From positions 1-64,000 of the IMG/VR virus record IMGVR_UViG_3300033144_005375: DNA of 64,000 bases; one strand, given 5' to 3'. A program made the position numbers and the translations under genes. This document shows, piece after piece, positions 19,767-29,099 of this stretch (positions are counted from its first letter, which is position 1; each line of letters begins with the position of its first letter). The notes beneath the pieces are model-generated. The model was given only the letters and a program-made list of their open reading frames with translations. It did no database searches and was not told where the DNA came from. This stretch comes from a virus.

Positions 19767-20249
19767 TTAAGAAGCAGCCTCGTCTGGAAGCTCAACGGCA
19801 CCGGCGGACCGGCCGCCCTCTCGCTTCCACTCTTGAATTCGTTGCATCGCCTCTTGGTTCTTGAGGCGCGCTTTCTTCGCGCCGATGCGCTCCTGCTCCG
19901 TCATGACGAAGTACTCGCCACCATCGAGGCGGCTCAGGTTGTCGCCAGTCGTTTCGTTGGCGGTAATCACGCGACGCTTGTAGTCGGATCGTTTTTGGAA
20001 CTCGAGCAGGTTGGCCTTGGCGCTTCGGCCGATCACCACATCCACGTCATGATCGACGGAGGTCGCTCCCGTGTTCTGGGGACCTGGGGCACCAGGCCGA
20101 TGCGCGAACGTGAAACTCGGAGCCGAAACTGCTCGGGACGCACTTTCACCGCACCTCTTGCAAGGAAGCGTTTCCTTGGCAGCCGTCTTGGACTGCATCG
20201 ATCCGAACTGCAAACCACAGTCGGAACAGTGGTACTTGAAAATAGGCAA
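19767..20249 (-). CDS. FmdB-family zinc ribbon protein
   Basis: MPIFKYHCSDCG...CKRCG. Confidence 0.75.
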   Translation of the reverse strand: MPIFKYHCSDCGLQFGSMQSKTAAKETLPCKRCGESASRAVSAPSFTFAHRPGAPGPQNTGATSVDHDVDVVIGRSAKANLLEFQKRSDYKRRVITANETTGDNLSRLDGGEYFVMTEQERIGAKKARLKNQEAMQRIQEWKREGGRSAGAVELPDEAAS

Positions 20250-20279
20250 CGCGCGCGGGCTCCGTCTATATGTGCGCCT

Positions 20280-20296
20280 CTATAGGCCCACTATCG
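20280..20296 (-). promoter_or_regulatory. putative late promoter motif
   Basis: CGAT-AGTGGG-CCTATAG upstream of the FmdB-sheath unit. Confidence 0.6.
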
Positions 20297-21527
20297 AAGC
20301 ATCGGCCCTGTGTTCTTCTTGCCAGAGAACCCAGGCTTGCCTCCGTACCAGGGATCGGAGGTCTGACTCAGACCCAAGTCGGCCATCAGTTTGATGTTGT
20401 CCTGGATCTGAGCGATCTGCTCGTCCGTCAGGCCACCAATCTGCTCGATGAAGGGAGGCGTGAGAGGAGCTTGGCTCGGCCCCGTAAGATCGAGAGGAGC
20501 TCCTCCGCTCGGTTCGACACCACGGATACAGATCCCGAGCGGTACGTGAATACTCCAGTCGGTCTGGAGCTGGAGACTGAAACTGGCGTTGTAATACCAG
20601 TCGTCCGCATTGTCGTCGTAAACCTCTTCCGTCTCCCCACCCATGCTGATCGACAAAATCTCGATCCCGGCCGTCGAAAGTCGAGGACGAGCTTTCACGT
20701 TGAGCCAAAGGGTCCCGAGCGATCACGTCCACGTCCATCGTCAAATCCCAGCGACCCCCGTACTCCATCGCGGAAATCGACCGTTTGCGTTGAACCACGA
20801 CCGCAAGACGGTCTCCCGCCGTGACCCGACGACCAAACGCCAAGATCGCACCCGGGATGGGCTCCGTCAGAGCTCGTTCCTCCATCACCGCCCATGGACC
20901 TGTGGTCTCACCAGGCACCTTGTAGTCGGCTGAAATGAAATCCTCCTCCGACACGAGATCGTCGAGAAGGGTGATCTCTCCAGTCTCGGCATCGACGTTG
21001 TAGTTCACCCCTTCGTACAACTGGATGTTTCCGGGCATCCGGTACAACCGAAGCGTCCCGGCCAGGAAACCTCCGTTTTCGAGTTGGTACTGCGTGTCGT
21101 TGATCTTGAGCGGGGTTTCGTCCACGACCTCAAGCAACGGGTCAAGGTAAAACGCCTTGTCCGTGGGGTTCCCGTTCGCATCACAGAAATCCACGTAGTA
21201 GATCCCCGGAGCCGTCGGGAAAATCCCTCCGTTGTTCTGGATCGCGACGCTGTTCTCCTTGACCCACTCGATGGAAAGACCAGGCTTCCCTTCGACGTTG
21301 GCCAAATAGATGTAGCTATCGACGTGCCCTTGGAAGTTGTCCGCAGCGAGCTGCACCTGGTTGCCGGAACTGTTCTTGAGAACGATGCCGTACTGCGGGC
21401 GCTCGCGGAACGAGTACTTGCCTTCGATGTGATCGACGATGTCCTGGTACCGAGGGTGGTACGACCAGTAGTTACGAAGTTCTTCGATGAAAACGCGATG
21501 AATTTGTTGGGTGAGGAAATAGTACAC
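20291..21527 (-). pseudogene. putative tail completion/terminator protein, frameshifted near 20695 (real lesion or assembly error)
   Basis: first frame is protein-like up to DVIARDPLAQRE, then low quality; second frame continues KARPRLSTAGIEILSISMGGETEEVYDD; position between neck and sheath genes. Confidence 0.6.
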
Positions 21528-21571
21528 AGCTCAAAGCCCCCTATAAATTGGGGAGTCCATAGAAGGCTTTG

Positions 21572-21588
21572 GCATAGGACGAAAACCG
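21572..21588 (-). promoter_or_regulatory. putative late promoter motif
   Basis: CGGT-TTTCGT-CCTATGC. Confidence 0.6.
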
Positions 21589-21595
21589 TTTCGCC

Positions 21596-22499
21596 CTACT
21601 CGTCGTCCTCGACGTACTCCTGCATGGCCTGCACCAGGAGCCCTCGAGCCACGGCATCCAACGGCTCTTTCGCCGCCCGGACTTCGCTGATCTCGATGGG
21701 GAACTTTTTACGTTTCTCCTTGAAGACCTCAGTGAAGAATTCGAGGAACCCTCCAGCTTTGCTGGTGCCACCCGACACGACGATGGGGATCGGCTTGGGC
21801 AACGAGAACTTGCCTTGGATCTTCTTGAACTCACTCGCCACGTTGTCGATGGAGTACTCAATCAAGTTCTTGTAGTACATGGCCATCGCCTCCTGCTCAC
21901 GCCCCTCGGGACGCATGAGGTTGAGCCCTTTCTCCTTGAGCGTGCACATGCGAGCCTGAGTTGAGTTCACCGACTTCGCAGCACCCCGCGCACTCGGAGT
22001 AGATGATCGCCAACGCCTCGTTGCTCGGGTACGCCTTGTAGCCGCACTCAGTCACGATGCGTTCGAGCACACCACGGTGGTAGACCACGTCGCGATCTGG
22101 GTCATCGACAGGGGCTGCCGGCACCGAGATGTAGCAGACTTCTTTCTCGCTCTTCGGCGTCCCAAGGACGTGCTTGACGAGGATGCCCAGGATCTCGAGC
22201 GCGTCGATCTCCCCGGCCGCGATGAGACCGGACTGGAGAGGGCGCCGCACTTCTCGGCTGAACATGTTCGCCATGTCGTAGGCGGCATCCCCAACGATGA
22301 CGAGACCGTCATCCGTCTGGACATAGTTGACCCCGCTGAGTTTGAGCATCTTGCGGTGCTCAGCAGGAAGATCGAGGAAAGCATCACGAATACGGTTCGT
22401 GATGACGCCCTCTTTGGTGCGTCGGGCGGCCACGATGTTCATCGTGCCCATATCGAGCCCAACTCCCAGGACCAGCTTTTCACTATCGGTTTCGCTCAT
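21596..22499 (-). pseudogene. actin-like ATPase (MreB/MamK/ParM superfamily), split by a frameshifting internal deletion near 21987
   Basis: phosphate-1 GLDMGTMN, RRPLQSG, connect-1 NEALA, adenosine IVVSGGTS and connect-2 AVARG are present; the phosphate-2 segment is missing at the frame change. Confidence 0.8.
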
Positions 22500-23224
22500 G
22501 ACTTCTCCTCGTTCACATTCTTTTTACCGCGCCGTTTGCTTCGCAGTGCACGGAGAGCTGCATCAGCGTCGTCGAGGTCGCCCGCGCCTTCGCTGGTTTT
22601 CTGTTTCACGTCGATCTTGGCCTTGGTGTCCTTGGACACGATGGTCTTCGGAATGAAGACCGGTTCTGCGGGCCCAGAGGACCTGCGTGCGCCAGGAGCG
22701 GCCCCGGTGCCTCCACTGGGCATCCCCACGCGCCGTAGGACGTTCTCCATGGCCGCCTCAAGCTGAGCGGGGTCCACAGGGGCCGGCGCCGCTAGGGCCT
22801 CCTGGGGCGCCGGTGGGACCATCTGAGCAGCCATCTTCCCCATCTCGGCTGCGATGGCGGATTGAAGTCCTGGCAGGAGATCTCCCAATAGCTCGGCCTT
22901 GAGCTTTTCGGTATCCACCTCCTGGACCACCGTCTTCTCAATCACCGTTTCAGTGTGCTTTTCAACCACCGTGTTGGTCAGTGGAGGGTTGTTCTGTGGA
23001 CGGCTGTGAGCCACGAACGGAGGAGCGGGACGCCTGGGGTTTTGAGTACCCCGACGGGGCTTGCGACTTACGCGGACATTCCCCTTTCCTTGCTCCTTGC
23101 GAAGATCAACCGAAGCTCGAGCCGAGGCTTCGGACACCCAGCGCTGTTCGCCACGCCGCAAACCGACGATCCCCAGATCGGGGATGTCGCAGGGGTGGCA
23201 ACAGATAATCTGGGCTTCGATCAT
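22496..23224 (-). CDS. hypothetical protein translationally coupled to the actin-like gene (candidate adaptor)
   Basis: ATGA overlaps at both ends; Pro/Ala-rich middle and a C-terminal helix (DLDDADAALRALR). Confidence 0.6.
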   Translation of the reverse strand: MIEAQIICCHPCDIPDLGIVGLRRGEQRWVSEASARASVDLRKEQGKGNVRVSRKPRRGTQNPRRPAPPFVAHSRPQNNPPLTNTVVEKHTETVIEKTVVQEVDTEKLKAELLGDLLPGLQSAIAAEMGKMAAQMVPPAPQEALAAPAPVDPAQLEAAMENVLRRVGMPSGGTGAAPGARRSSGPAEPVFIPKTIVSKDTKAKIDVKQKTSEGAGDLDDADAALRALRSKRRGKKNVNEEKS

Positions 23225-23799
23225 GCAATGGGGGTTTTCGTGAGAACCTTCTTGACCTGCTTGGCGAGCATCTTTTTCATCCGGCGTCGGGCCTTTTCGT
23301 ACCCACGCCGCACGAACGTGTTTTTCTGGAAACCGGGGTGAATCCACGGTGCTTGGTCTTGGCCTGGGGCCATGCGGTATCCTATGTTACCGGAGTTGAC
23401 CACCATGACTCGCTTCCATGCCGGACGGCGTACACCTTTCATTTCAAAGGGTCTACGCCCCTTACCGTCAGAAATGGCACCTGCCACACTGTTGGCAGGA
23501 TCGATCTTCGCTTCGTGTTTTGAGTTGAGGTACGTGTCCCAGTCCGAATAGATCTCGACCACGGTGCCTTTGATCTTGTATTTGAACGAATCGAAAAACC
23601 TAACCGAACGTGGAATTCCTTCCGGACTCCCAACCGGAGTCGGCTTGTTCCCCTGTTTCGCAAAATCCTTAGCCGCCTCGTAGACGATGCTCTCCACGAG
23701 CAGTTTGCCAATCTCGTTCAGGAACGCATCGTCGATAAAATCGTCCGACTCAAGATTCGCCCAAGTTTTGCCCGCAGTTTTCTTGATCCGAAATTCCAT
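23221..23799 (-). CDS. putative neck/tail completion protein (HK97 gp10-like)
   Basis: C-terminal WIHPG..NTFVRRG motif; located in the head-tail module. Confidence 0.55.
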   Translation of the reverse strand: MEFRIKKTAGKTWANLESDDFIDDAFLNEIGKLLVESIVYEAAKDFAKQGNKPTPVGSPEGIPRSVRFFDSFKYKIKGTVVEIYSDWDTYLNSKHEAKIDPANSVAGAISDGKGRRPFEMKGVRRPAWKRVMVVNSGNIGYRMAPGQDQAPWIHPGFQKNTFVRRGYEKARRRMKKMLAKQVKKVLTKTPIA

Positions 23800-23802
23800 C
23801 AG

Positions 23803-23997
23803 CTACTCCACGTTGAAAGTCAGGGTGATAAATTCTGCGGCTGTTGGGGCTTTGCCCGTCACATCAGCTCGCAGCACCCCATCCTCCAGGCGGAGATCGC
23901 CTTCAACATCTGTGAAACCGTACTCTCGCATCAGCGACATCTCGTCCCACATGTAGTCGGCTGTCGCCGACACGATCTTCTCGTCTCGCTCGTCCAT
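23803..23997 (-). CDS. hypothetical protein (64 aa)
   Basis: fills the operon gap; protein-like composition. Confidence 0.5.
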   Translation of the reverse strand: MDERDEKIVSATADYMWDEMSLMREYGFTDVEGDLRLEDGVLRADVTGKAPTAAEFITLTFNVE

Positions 23998-24012
23998 GGC
24001 TATTACACAACC

Positions 24013-25459
24013 TCAATAGGTTATGTTTTCGTATACTGGGGTGCGGCCTCTTTGCTCGCGCTCGTTGGGGACGTTGTCCTTCTCGGTTTGCATCGGGGTC
24101 TGCTGGTACTGCGCGCCAACAGGGTACGGACCCTCGGGCGGGTACTCGGTTTCCCAACCGCCGCCTTGCACAACGGCAGGGCGTCCACGACATTCCGGCC
24201 AGCAGAGCTCCGTCGTGTCGAACAACGGGATGGTGTACCTGATGTCGTTCTCATCGAAGTACTTCATCTGGAAGTGCTGCTGCATCGCATTGCCGCGGTT
24301 GGACGGCTTGCGAACAGGGCCAATCGAGTAACGCTCGTTGGTCTGCTTCACGATGAAATCACGCATGGAGAGCATCGGGCTTGGACCGGTCCACACGTCC
24401 TGTGTGTGCTCCACATAGCGCCCAGTGGGACCTTGCTTCACAGCTCGCTCTGCATCATCAGGCGCGACGATGAGATCGTAAGGACCTTCGTAGCCGCCCA
24501 CGAACCCGGTGCCGAAGCATACCTTGCAGCGGGAATCCGGCTGCTGCATGAACTCGAGCGTTTTCGGATCTCGGCGACAGAAGCACCGTTCGCCGCTCGT
24601 CTTTTTCACGAAGATCTTGACGCGCTCGCCACCCTGCTCGAGAATCCAGTTGTTGCGGCGCATGGCCTCACGCCAGATGTAGTCGATACGCTCGACCGTC
24701 CGGTGCGTGATCGGCTCAGTGAAATCGAGAGGGGTCTCGCGGAACCCGGTAGGAGACGCAGGGTCCTGGGCCACCGTCGTGACTCGGTACCAGACTTTCT
24801 TGTCCAGGTCGGTCCTGACCGCGTTCCGGTTGTAGCGGTAACTGATCGACACCGCACTTTCAGGGCCCGTCGGAAGCGTGGGCTCGATCCAGCGTTCCGT
24901 GGCGAAGTTGTAGCCACGCACGTTGATGAGAGTGATCTCCCCGGTGGGGCCGAACACCGCATGGACGGGCACGATCTTGTTGTCGATGACGAGTTGCACG
25001 TCCATCGGGCTGTTGGCCGCGACGGCTTGACCCGAGTTTTTCACGATCGGCAACTTCGACCTCAGAGTCCACGAACGCGTTGTCCGTGAAATCCCGGTAG
25101 AAGGTGCCACCTACAGGAGCGATGTTGAGGCGCTCGTAGGGGCCTCGTTCCGAGGTGTTACTGCGATAGATGTTGACGCCAAGAACGATGAACTTGCTGT
25201 TCTTGGCCAGAACGGCGGGATTGTCCCAACGAATGTCGAGCGTCCCCGTAAACAGCGGGCTGACGACCTCAGCGTTGATCGGTGGGGCCGGACATTCGTT
25301 CGGCCCCACCTCCCAGCCGGGGCAGCCAGGACCGAAAGGCCCTAGCGGCGGATCGACGCATGGCGGCACCAACGGAGGATCTGGCGTAGCACATGAAACC
25401 GGCTCCAGCGGATTCGCTTTTGCAGCCCATGGTTCAGATCCCTTGTTGATGCACGTCAT
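24013..25459 (-). pseudogene. putative neck/head-closure protein, frameshifted near 25065 (real lesion or assembly error)
   Basis: 199-aa ORF with FnIII-like IRWD...GVNIYRS..GPYERLN continues in another frame into GERVKIFVKK..GERC.C...CKVCFGTGFVGGY, a motif typical of phage neck proteins. Confidence 0.6.
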
Positions 25460-25472
25460 AGTTACCTACTCA

Positions 25473-25895
25473 TCATGAAGACGCGGGAGCGCCTCCTTGA
25501 GTCTGACCCGCCTGGGGCGGGTTGACCAGTCGAACGGTTCCGTCTTGCAACGCAACCCATTGGGTTCCACCTTCCAAACCGAAACGCTTGGAGATGGCGT
25601 TGATGTGTCCTTGACCCTGCTCGTCGAGTTCGTCAAGTTTCGCGATGACGCGCATCTTGAGAACCTCGTGCTCACCGACCTTGGCGAGGAGCTGTTGGGA
25701 CTGCTGCTTGATCGACATCAGCGCCTGTTGCTCTTCGGGGGTCAGCTTGCCCAGAACTCCGGGCATCTGGGCTTGCGCCTCAGCCGCCGGGGTTTCAGGA
25801 GTCTCCGCAGCCGCTGCCTCGGGAGCAGGGGTCTGGGGGGCGGGATCGGTGTTGGAAGTGGTGTCTTGTTCTGTTTCCATTTGAGTCTCCGGCAC
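25473..25895 (-). CDS. hypothetical coiled-coil protein (140 aa)
   Basis: ORF with GGG-TAGAGT 6 nt upstream of the GTG start. Confidence 0.6.
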   Translation of the reverse strand: MPETQMETEQDTTSNTDPAPQTPAPEAAAAETPETPAAEAQAQMPGVLGKLTPEEQQALMSIKQQSQQLLAKVGEHEVLKMRVIAKLDELDEQGQGHINAISKRFGLEGGTQWVALQDGTVRLVNPPQAGQTQGGAPASS

Positions 25896-25904
25896 GTTCG
25901 TACT

Positions 25905-26144
25905 CTACCCACGCCCCATAACTTTGGCGGCTTCGTCTTCGAGCAGGATCCGACGATGGGCCCGAAGATCCGACAAGAAACTGTCGAAGTGGGTGCCCAC
26001 CCGGTCGCCCAGGGTGAGGGTCCGAGCGTGTTTGACTACACTGGGGAATTTCTCGAAAGACCAGAACACGTTGCCGTCCTGGTCGGTGTACTGGTACATG
26101 CGGAGCCCCTTCGTCGAGGATCCTTCTTTCGTGGAATCCGTCAT
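25905..26144 (-). CDS. hypothetical protein (79 aa)
   Basis: ATGA overlap with the upstream gene. Confidence 0.55.
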   Translation of the reverse strand: MTDSTKEGSSTKGLRMYQYTDQDGNVFWSFEKFPSVVKHARTLTLGDRVGTHFDSFLSDLRAHRRILLEDEAAKVMGRG

Positions 26145-26749
26145 GGTCTTCCACCCTTCTTGGCCTGCGCTTCTTCTCTCTTTTCGTCTTGAAGCTGTTC
26201 GATCATCTCGTCGAGGTCGTCCTCGGTTTTGTCCATCTGGGCGATCTGCTGTTCGATCAAGTCATACGCAGCGTCCGCAACCTGCTCGGGCTTGTGCGCC
26301 TTCTGGGCTTTGGCCATAGCAGCCAAAGACCGCTCGTCAAGGATCTTGGACACCTTTCGCTTGTCGAGGCACTTGCCTTCAAAACGCATGGAACCGAGGT
26401 AACAACCGTCTTTCTGCTTCCTCTTTTTTTTCTTCTTTGACGCAGTTGGGAGCGGCTCTTCACCAGTAGTCGTTGCCTCTACGGAGCCACCATCGTCGTC
26501 AGCAGCCTCGGGGAACCCAAAAAGCTCTTCGCCAGACTCCCCACCGGAAGACATACCGGCAAGCCCTGCTCCAGCCTCATCCTCGTACGCGTCTTCCGGC
26601 TTGTCACCGTCGTCCGATGAAGCCACCACAGCCGCTGCAGTCGGCGAGTCTCTCTCATCGACCTTCGTGCTCTGCGACGAAAGGCAGGAAATCAAGAGCA
26701 GCAAAAAGCTACTGCCCACGACGGTCGCGTAGTAGCTTTTTGATCTCAT
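26141..26749 (-). CDS. putative lipoprotein with C-terminal coiled coil
   Basis: MRSKSYY...FLLLLISC lipobox-like signal; overlaps the upstream membrane gene. Confidence 0.5.
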   Translation of the reverse strand: MRSKSYYATVVGSSFLLLLISCLSSQSTKVDERDSPTAAAVVASSDDGDKPEDAYEDEAGAGLAGMSSGGESGEELFGFPEAADDDGGSVEATTTGEEPLPTASKKKKKRKQKDGCYLGSMRFEGKCLDKRKVSKILDERSLAAMAKAQKAHKPEQVADAAYDLIEQQIAQMDKTEDDLDEMIEQLQDEKREEAQAKKGGRP

Positions 26750-27014
26750 CAATCTTCTCAACCACGTTGTCGAGCTTGCCCTCGAGTCGTACGAGCGCAA
26801 GCGAGTTGTTCTGGACGGAGTCCGTCACATCGGAGAGTTTCATGAAATCCTCCTGGAGTTCCGTGATGCGCTCGTCCTGGATCGCGTTGTTCACCTCCAG
26901 CGTGCCGCCCCAGATGATCAATGGAATGACAAGTGCCGACAGCACCTTCAAGATGATGTCGAGAAACTTCGCTGCGCCGTCTTTTGACGAACTGGAACTA
27001 GAAGAGGAAGGCAT
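26709..27014 (-). CDS. small single-TM coiled-coil membrane protein (holin- or i-spanin-like)
   Basis: IILKVLSALVIPLIIWGG transmembrane segment followed by heptads. Confidence 0.5.
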   Translation of the reverse strand: MPSSSSSSSSKDGAAKFLDIILKVLSALVIPLIIWGGTLEVNNAIQDERITELQEDFMKLSDVTDSVQNNSLALVRLEGKLDNVVEKIDEIKKLLRDRRGQ

Positions 27015-27043
27015 GGAGAACCCGTGCTCTGGTAAAGGGGACC

Positions 27044-27060
27044 CTATAGGGCCTCTACCG
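27044..27060 (-). promoter_or_regulatory. putative late promoter motif
   Basis: CGGT-AGAGGC-CCTATAG. Confidence 0.65.
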
Positions 27061-27444
27061 AGCCTTTAGAATGCTAGCCATCAGGTAGCGCGCAGTGACG
27101 CGTGCCACCTTGTTGAGCTCAAGTTCGTCTCCGTCCGTCTTGACCCAGCCTGACTCCTTGAGCGCGTCCACCGCCTGGCGGAAGAACTCGGGGCCTTCGT
27201 TGTGGAAAGGGTAATGGCGGCTGATGTCGCTGCTCATGGTCTCGAGGTTCACCGTGCCTTGGGCAGGGAGATTCTCGAGATACCGTAGAACGATACTCTG
27301 CGCTTGCTTCATCGAGTCCCCGCCGAAATCGTTGCGGAGATCGGTCCACTCGACGCGACGAGGCTCGAGATCGCCTCTAAGAAATTGCCAGGTTTGTGGT
27401 TCACGAAGTGGCATGGTTGGTCTCCAGTCTGAGGGCCCACTCAA
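27055..27444 (-). CDS. hypothetical protein, winged-helix-like, with RVxxRYL tail
   Basis: FRQAVDALKESGWV-like helix; C-terminal VARVTARYL; start may be the ATG at 27414. Confidence 0.5.
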   Translation of the reverse strand: MSGPSDWRPTMPLREPQTWQFLRGDLEPRRVEWTDLRNDFGGDSMKQAQSIVLRYLENLPAQGTVNLETMSSDISRHYPFHNEGPEFFRQAVDALKESGWVKTDGDELELNKVARVTARYLMASILKAR

Positions 27445-27451
27445 GGGGTTG

Positions 27452-27468
27452 TGATAGGGGTTTCACCG
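27452..27468 (-). promoter_or_regulatory. putative late promoter motif
   Basis: CGGT-GAAACC-CCTATCA. Confidence 0.65.
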
Positions 27469-27488
27469 GCACAGCTCAATACGTGAAA

Positions 27489-27722
27489 TTAGAGGTTTCC
27501 CTCAGCGTGTTTGTAGACGGCATCATGACGTTTGCAGGCCGCATCCAGTTCATCCTTGGCGCCCACATCTGGACCACCATGACCGGGACCGCAATGGTTC
27601 CCGTACCATTGGAAATCAAATCCTTTGGGGACAGCTTCGGTGTAGTCGCACACAAACACACGGACGCTGAACACCACAGCAACTCCGAACGTGGCCCAAA
27701 AAAGCGTCTTGCGACTCCACAC
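27489..27722 (-). CDS. small phospholipase A2-like protein with N-terminal hydrophobic anchor
   Basis: YGNHCGPG calcium loop and DELDAACKRHDAVY catalytic HD motif. Confidence 0.7.
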   Translation of the reverse strand: MWSRKTLFWATFGVAVVFSVRVFVCDYTEAVPKGFDFQWYGNHCGPGHGGPDVGAKDELDAACKRHDAVYKHAEGNL

Positions 27723-27795
27723 AAGTTTTTCGCTGTTGAAGCCAACTCTTCATCTGACTCCCGCCGCTCCTCGGCTCCTTTTTGACTGATTTTAG

Positions 27796-28434
27796 TCATC
27801 CTTTTGAAAAAATGCTGAAAGACGCGTAGCGAATCTCGGCAGAGGTTGCGGCGGTAACCATCTCCCCCTCGACAAAATATCGCTGAAGATCGAGGACTGG
27901 ATCGGTGTTTGAAATCATCGTGAACGGCACCCAAACGCCCGCAGTGTCGGGCTGCACGAAGTCTGCCGAAAGCGGCACGGTCGGATTGCCGGGCTCGTCG
28001 TCGCCCATCATAAGGCGCAGATTGCAATCGCCGCCCGCTACCTTGATCTCCCCCGTAACGCTACCCACTGCATCCGCCGGATCGTCGAACCAAGTCAAAA
28101 GTCTACTGCGCAAACCGTCCAGGACGACGGTTGTTGTTGTCGTGAGCGTCGCCTCGGTAACAAAGCGAGAAGCCTGAAAAACGAAGGTCAACGGCTTATC
28201 GACTTCGACGAGAACCGGGTCGGGCACCGCGTCTCGGTCGACGTGCCATTGCTTATGGTTAGCCGCGTCAACGTAAGCGGTCCAGGCCGTATCGATCCCA
28301 GCGTAGCCCGTCACGGGCACAGCATGCTCGTTCTCAAATTGTGTCACCGCAGTGGCCACGTCTGCGCGCTTTCGAAATTCCTCTACCCGCACGGTACCTC
28401 CCGCGCCTGCGTCGTTATAGATTGCGACCCACAT
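27796..28434 (-). CDS. putative fibre-associated protein
   Basis: TGATG overlap with the upstream gene; beta-rich; in the fibre cluster. Confidence 0.5.
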   Translation of the reverse strand: MWVAIYNDAGAGGTVRVEEFRKRADVATAVTQFENEHAVPVTGYAGIDTAWTAYVDAANHKQWHVDRDAVPDPVLVEVDKPLTFVFQASRFVTEATLTTTTTVVLDGLRSRLLTWFDDPADAVGSVTGEIKVAGGDCNLRLMMGDDEPGNPTVPLSADFVQPDTAGVWVPFTMISNTDPVLDLQRYFVEGEMVTAATSAEIRYASFSIFSKG

Positions 28435-29099
28435 CACGAAGGCTCCATGATGAAGTACATTGTGCATTCTCCCGGTTTATCATCATCGTCGTATTCAATT
28501 TCCACGTAATCCCCCGCCACCACACTCACACTGATCGTTTCCACGCCGCCAAAGTTTGCGTTGATGTTGGCGAGCACGACGGTCGCTTCCACGGACCCGT
28601 TGATGTGGACCTTCATTTGGGTCGTACTGGTCGCCTCCTTCGTTTTGTAGACTAACTTAGTCAGCGTCCCGGTGAGCCCGATCGGCTGGCGGGTTTTCGG
28701 CTTTGTGGAATCATCAGCATCGCTTGATTTCCCATTAGCGACTAGAAATTTGGTTGTACTGTCACTTTTGGCTCCAAAGGGACAGCACGCAATGCGGTCA
28801 GTTCCTCCTCCTCCTCCGTTAGCTATCGACGCAGCATCCTCGGGGCTCGGGATGTTTGCAAAAACGTAATCCGTGTCAAACACAAGGATCTCGCCGGTCT
28901 GTGAGCTGGTCAATTCGACGACGACCTCATTGCGCGGGTCACCGATAGATGGCGCGACCGTATTTATGAGGTCGTTCCGCGCGGCGTTTCCAATTCGCAC
29001 GATGATCCCGACCTGCATGCGCCCAAGGTTGTGGGTCACCGTGATGCTACTGACCCCAGAAAAGGTCTGCGAAAACAAAGGATAGAACTGGCCTGCCAT
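28434..29099 (-). CDS. putative fibre/decoration protein (221 aa)
   Basis: ITVTHNLG motif and beta-sandwich-like C-terminus (ISVSVVAGDYVEIEY). Confidence 0.55.
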   Translation of the reverse strand: MAGQFYPLFSQTFSGVSSITVTHNLGRMQVGIIVRIGNAARNDLINTVAPSIGDPRNEVVVELTSSQTGEILVFDTDYVFANIPSPEDAASIANGGGGGTDRIACCPFGAKSDSTTKFLVANGKSSDADDSTKPKTRQPIGLTGTLTKLVYKTKEATSTTQMKVHINGSVEATVVLANINANFGGVETISVSVVAGDYVEIEYDDDDKPGECTMYFIMEPS

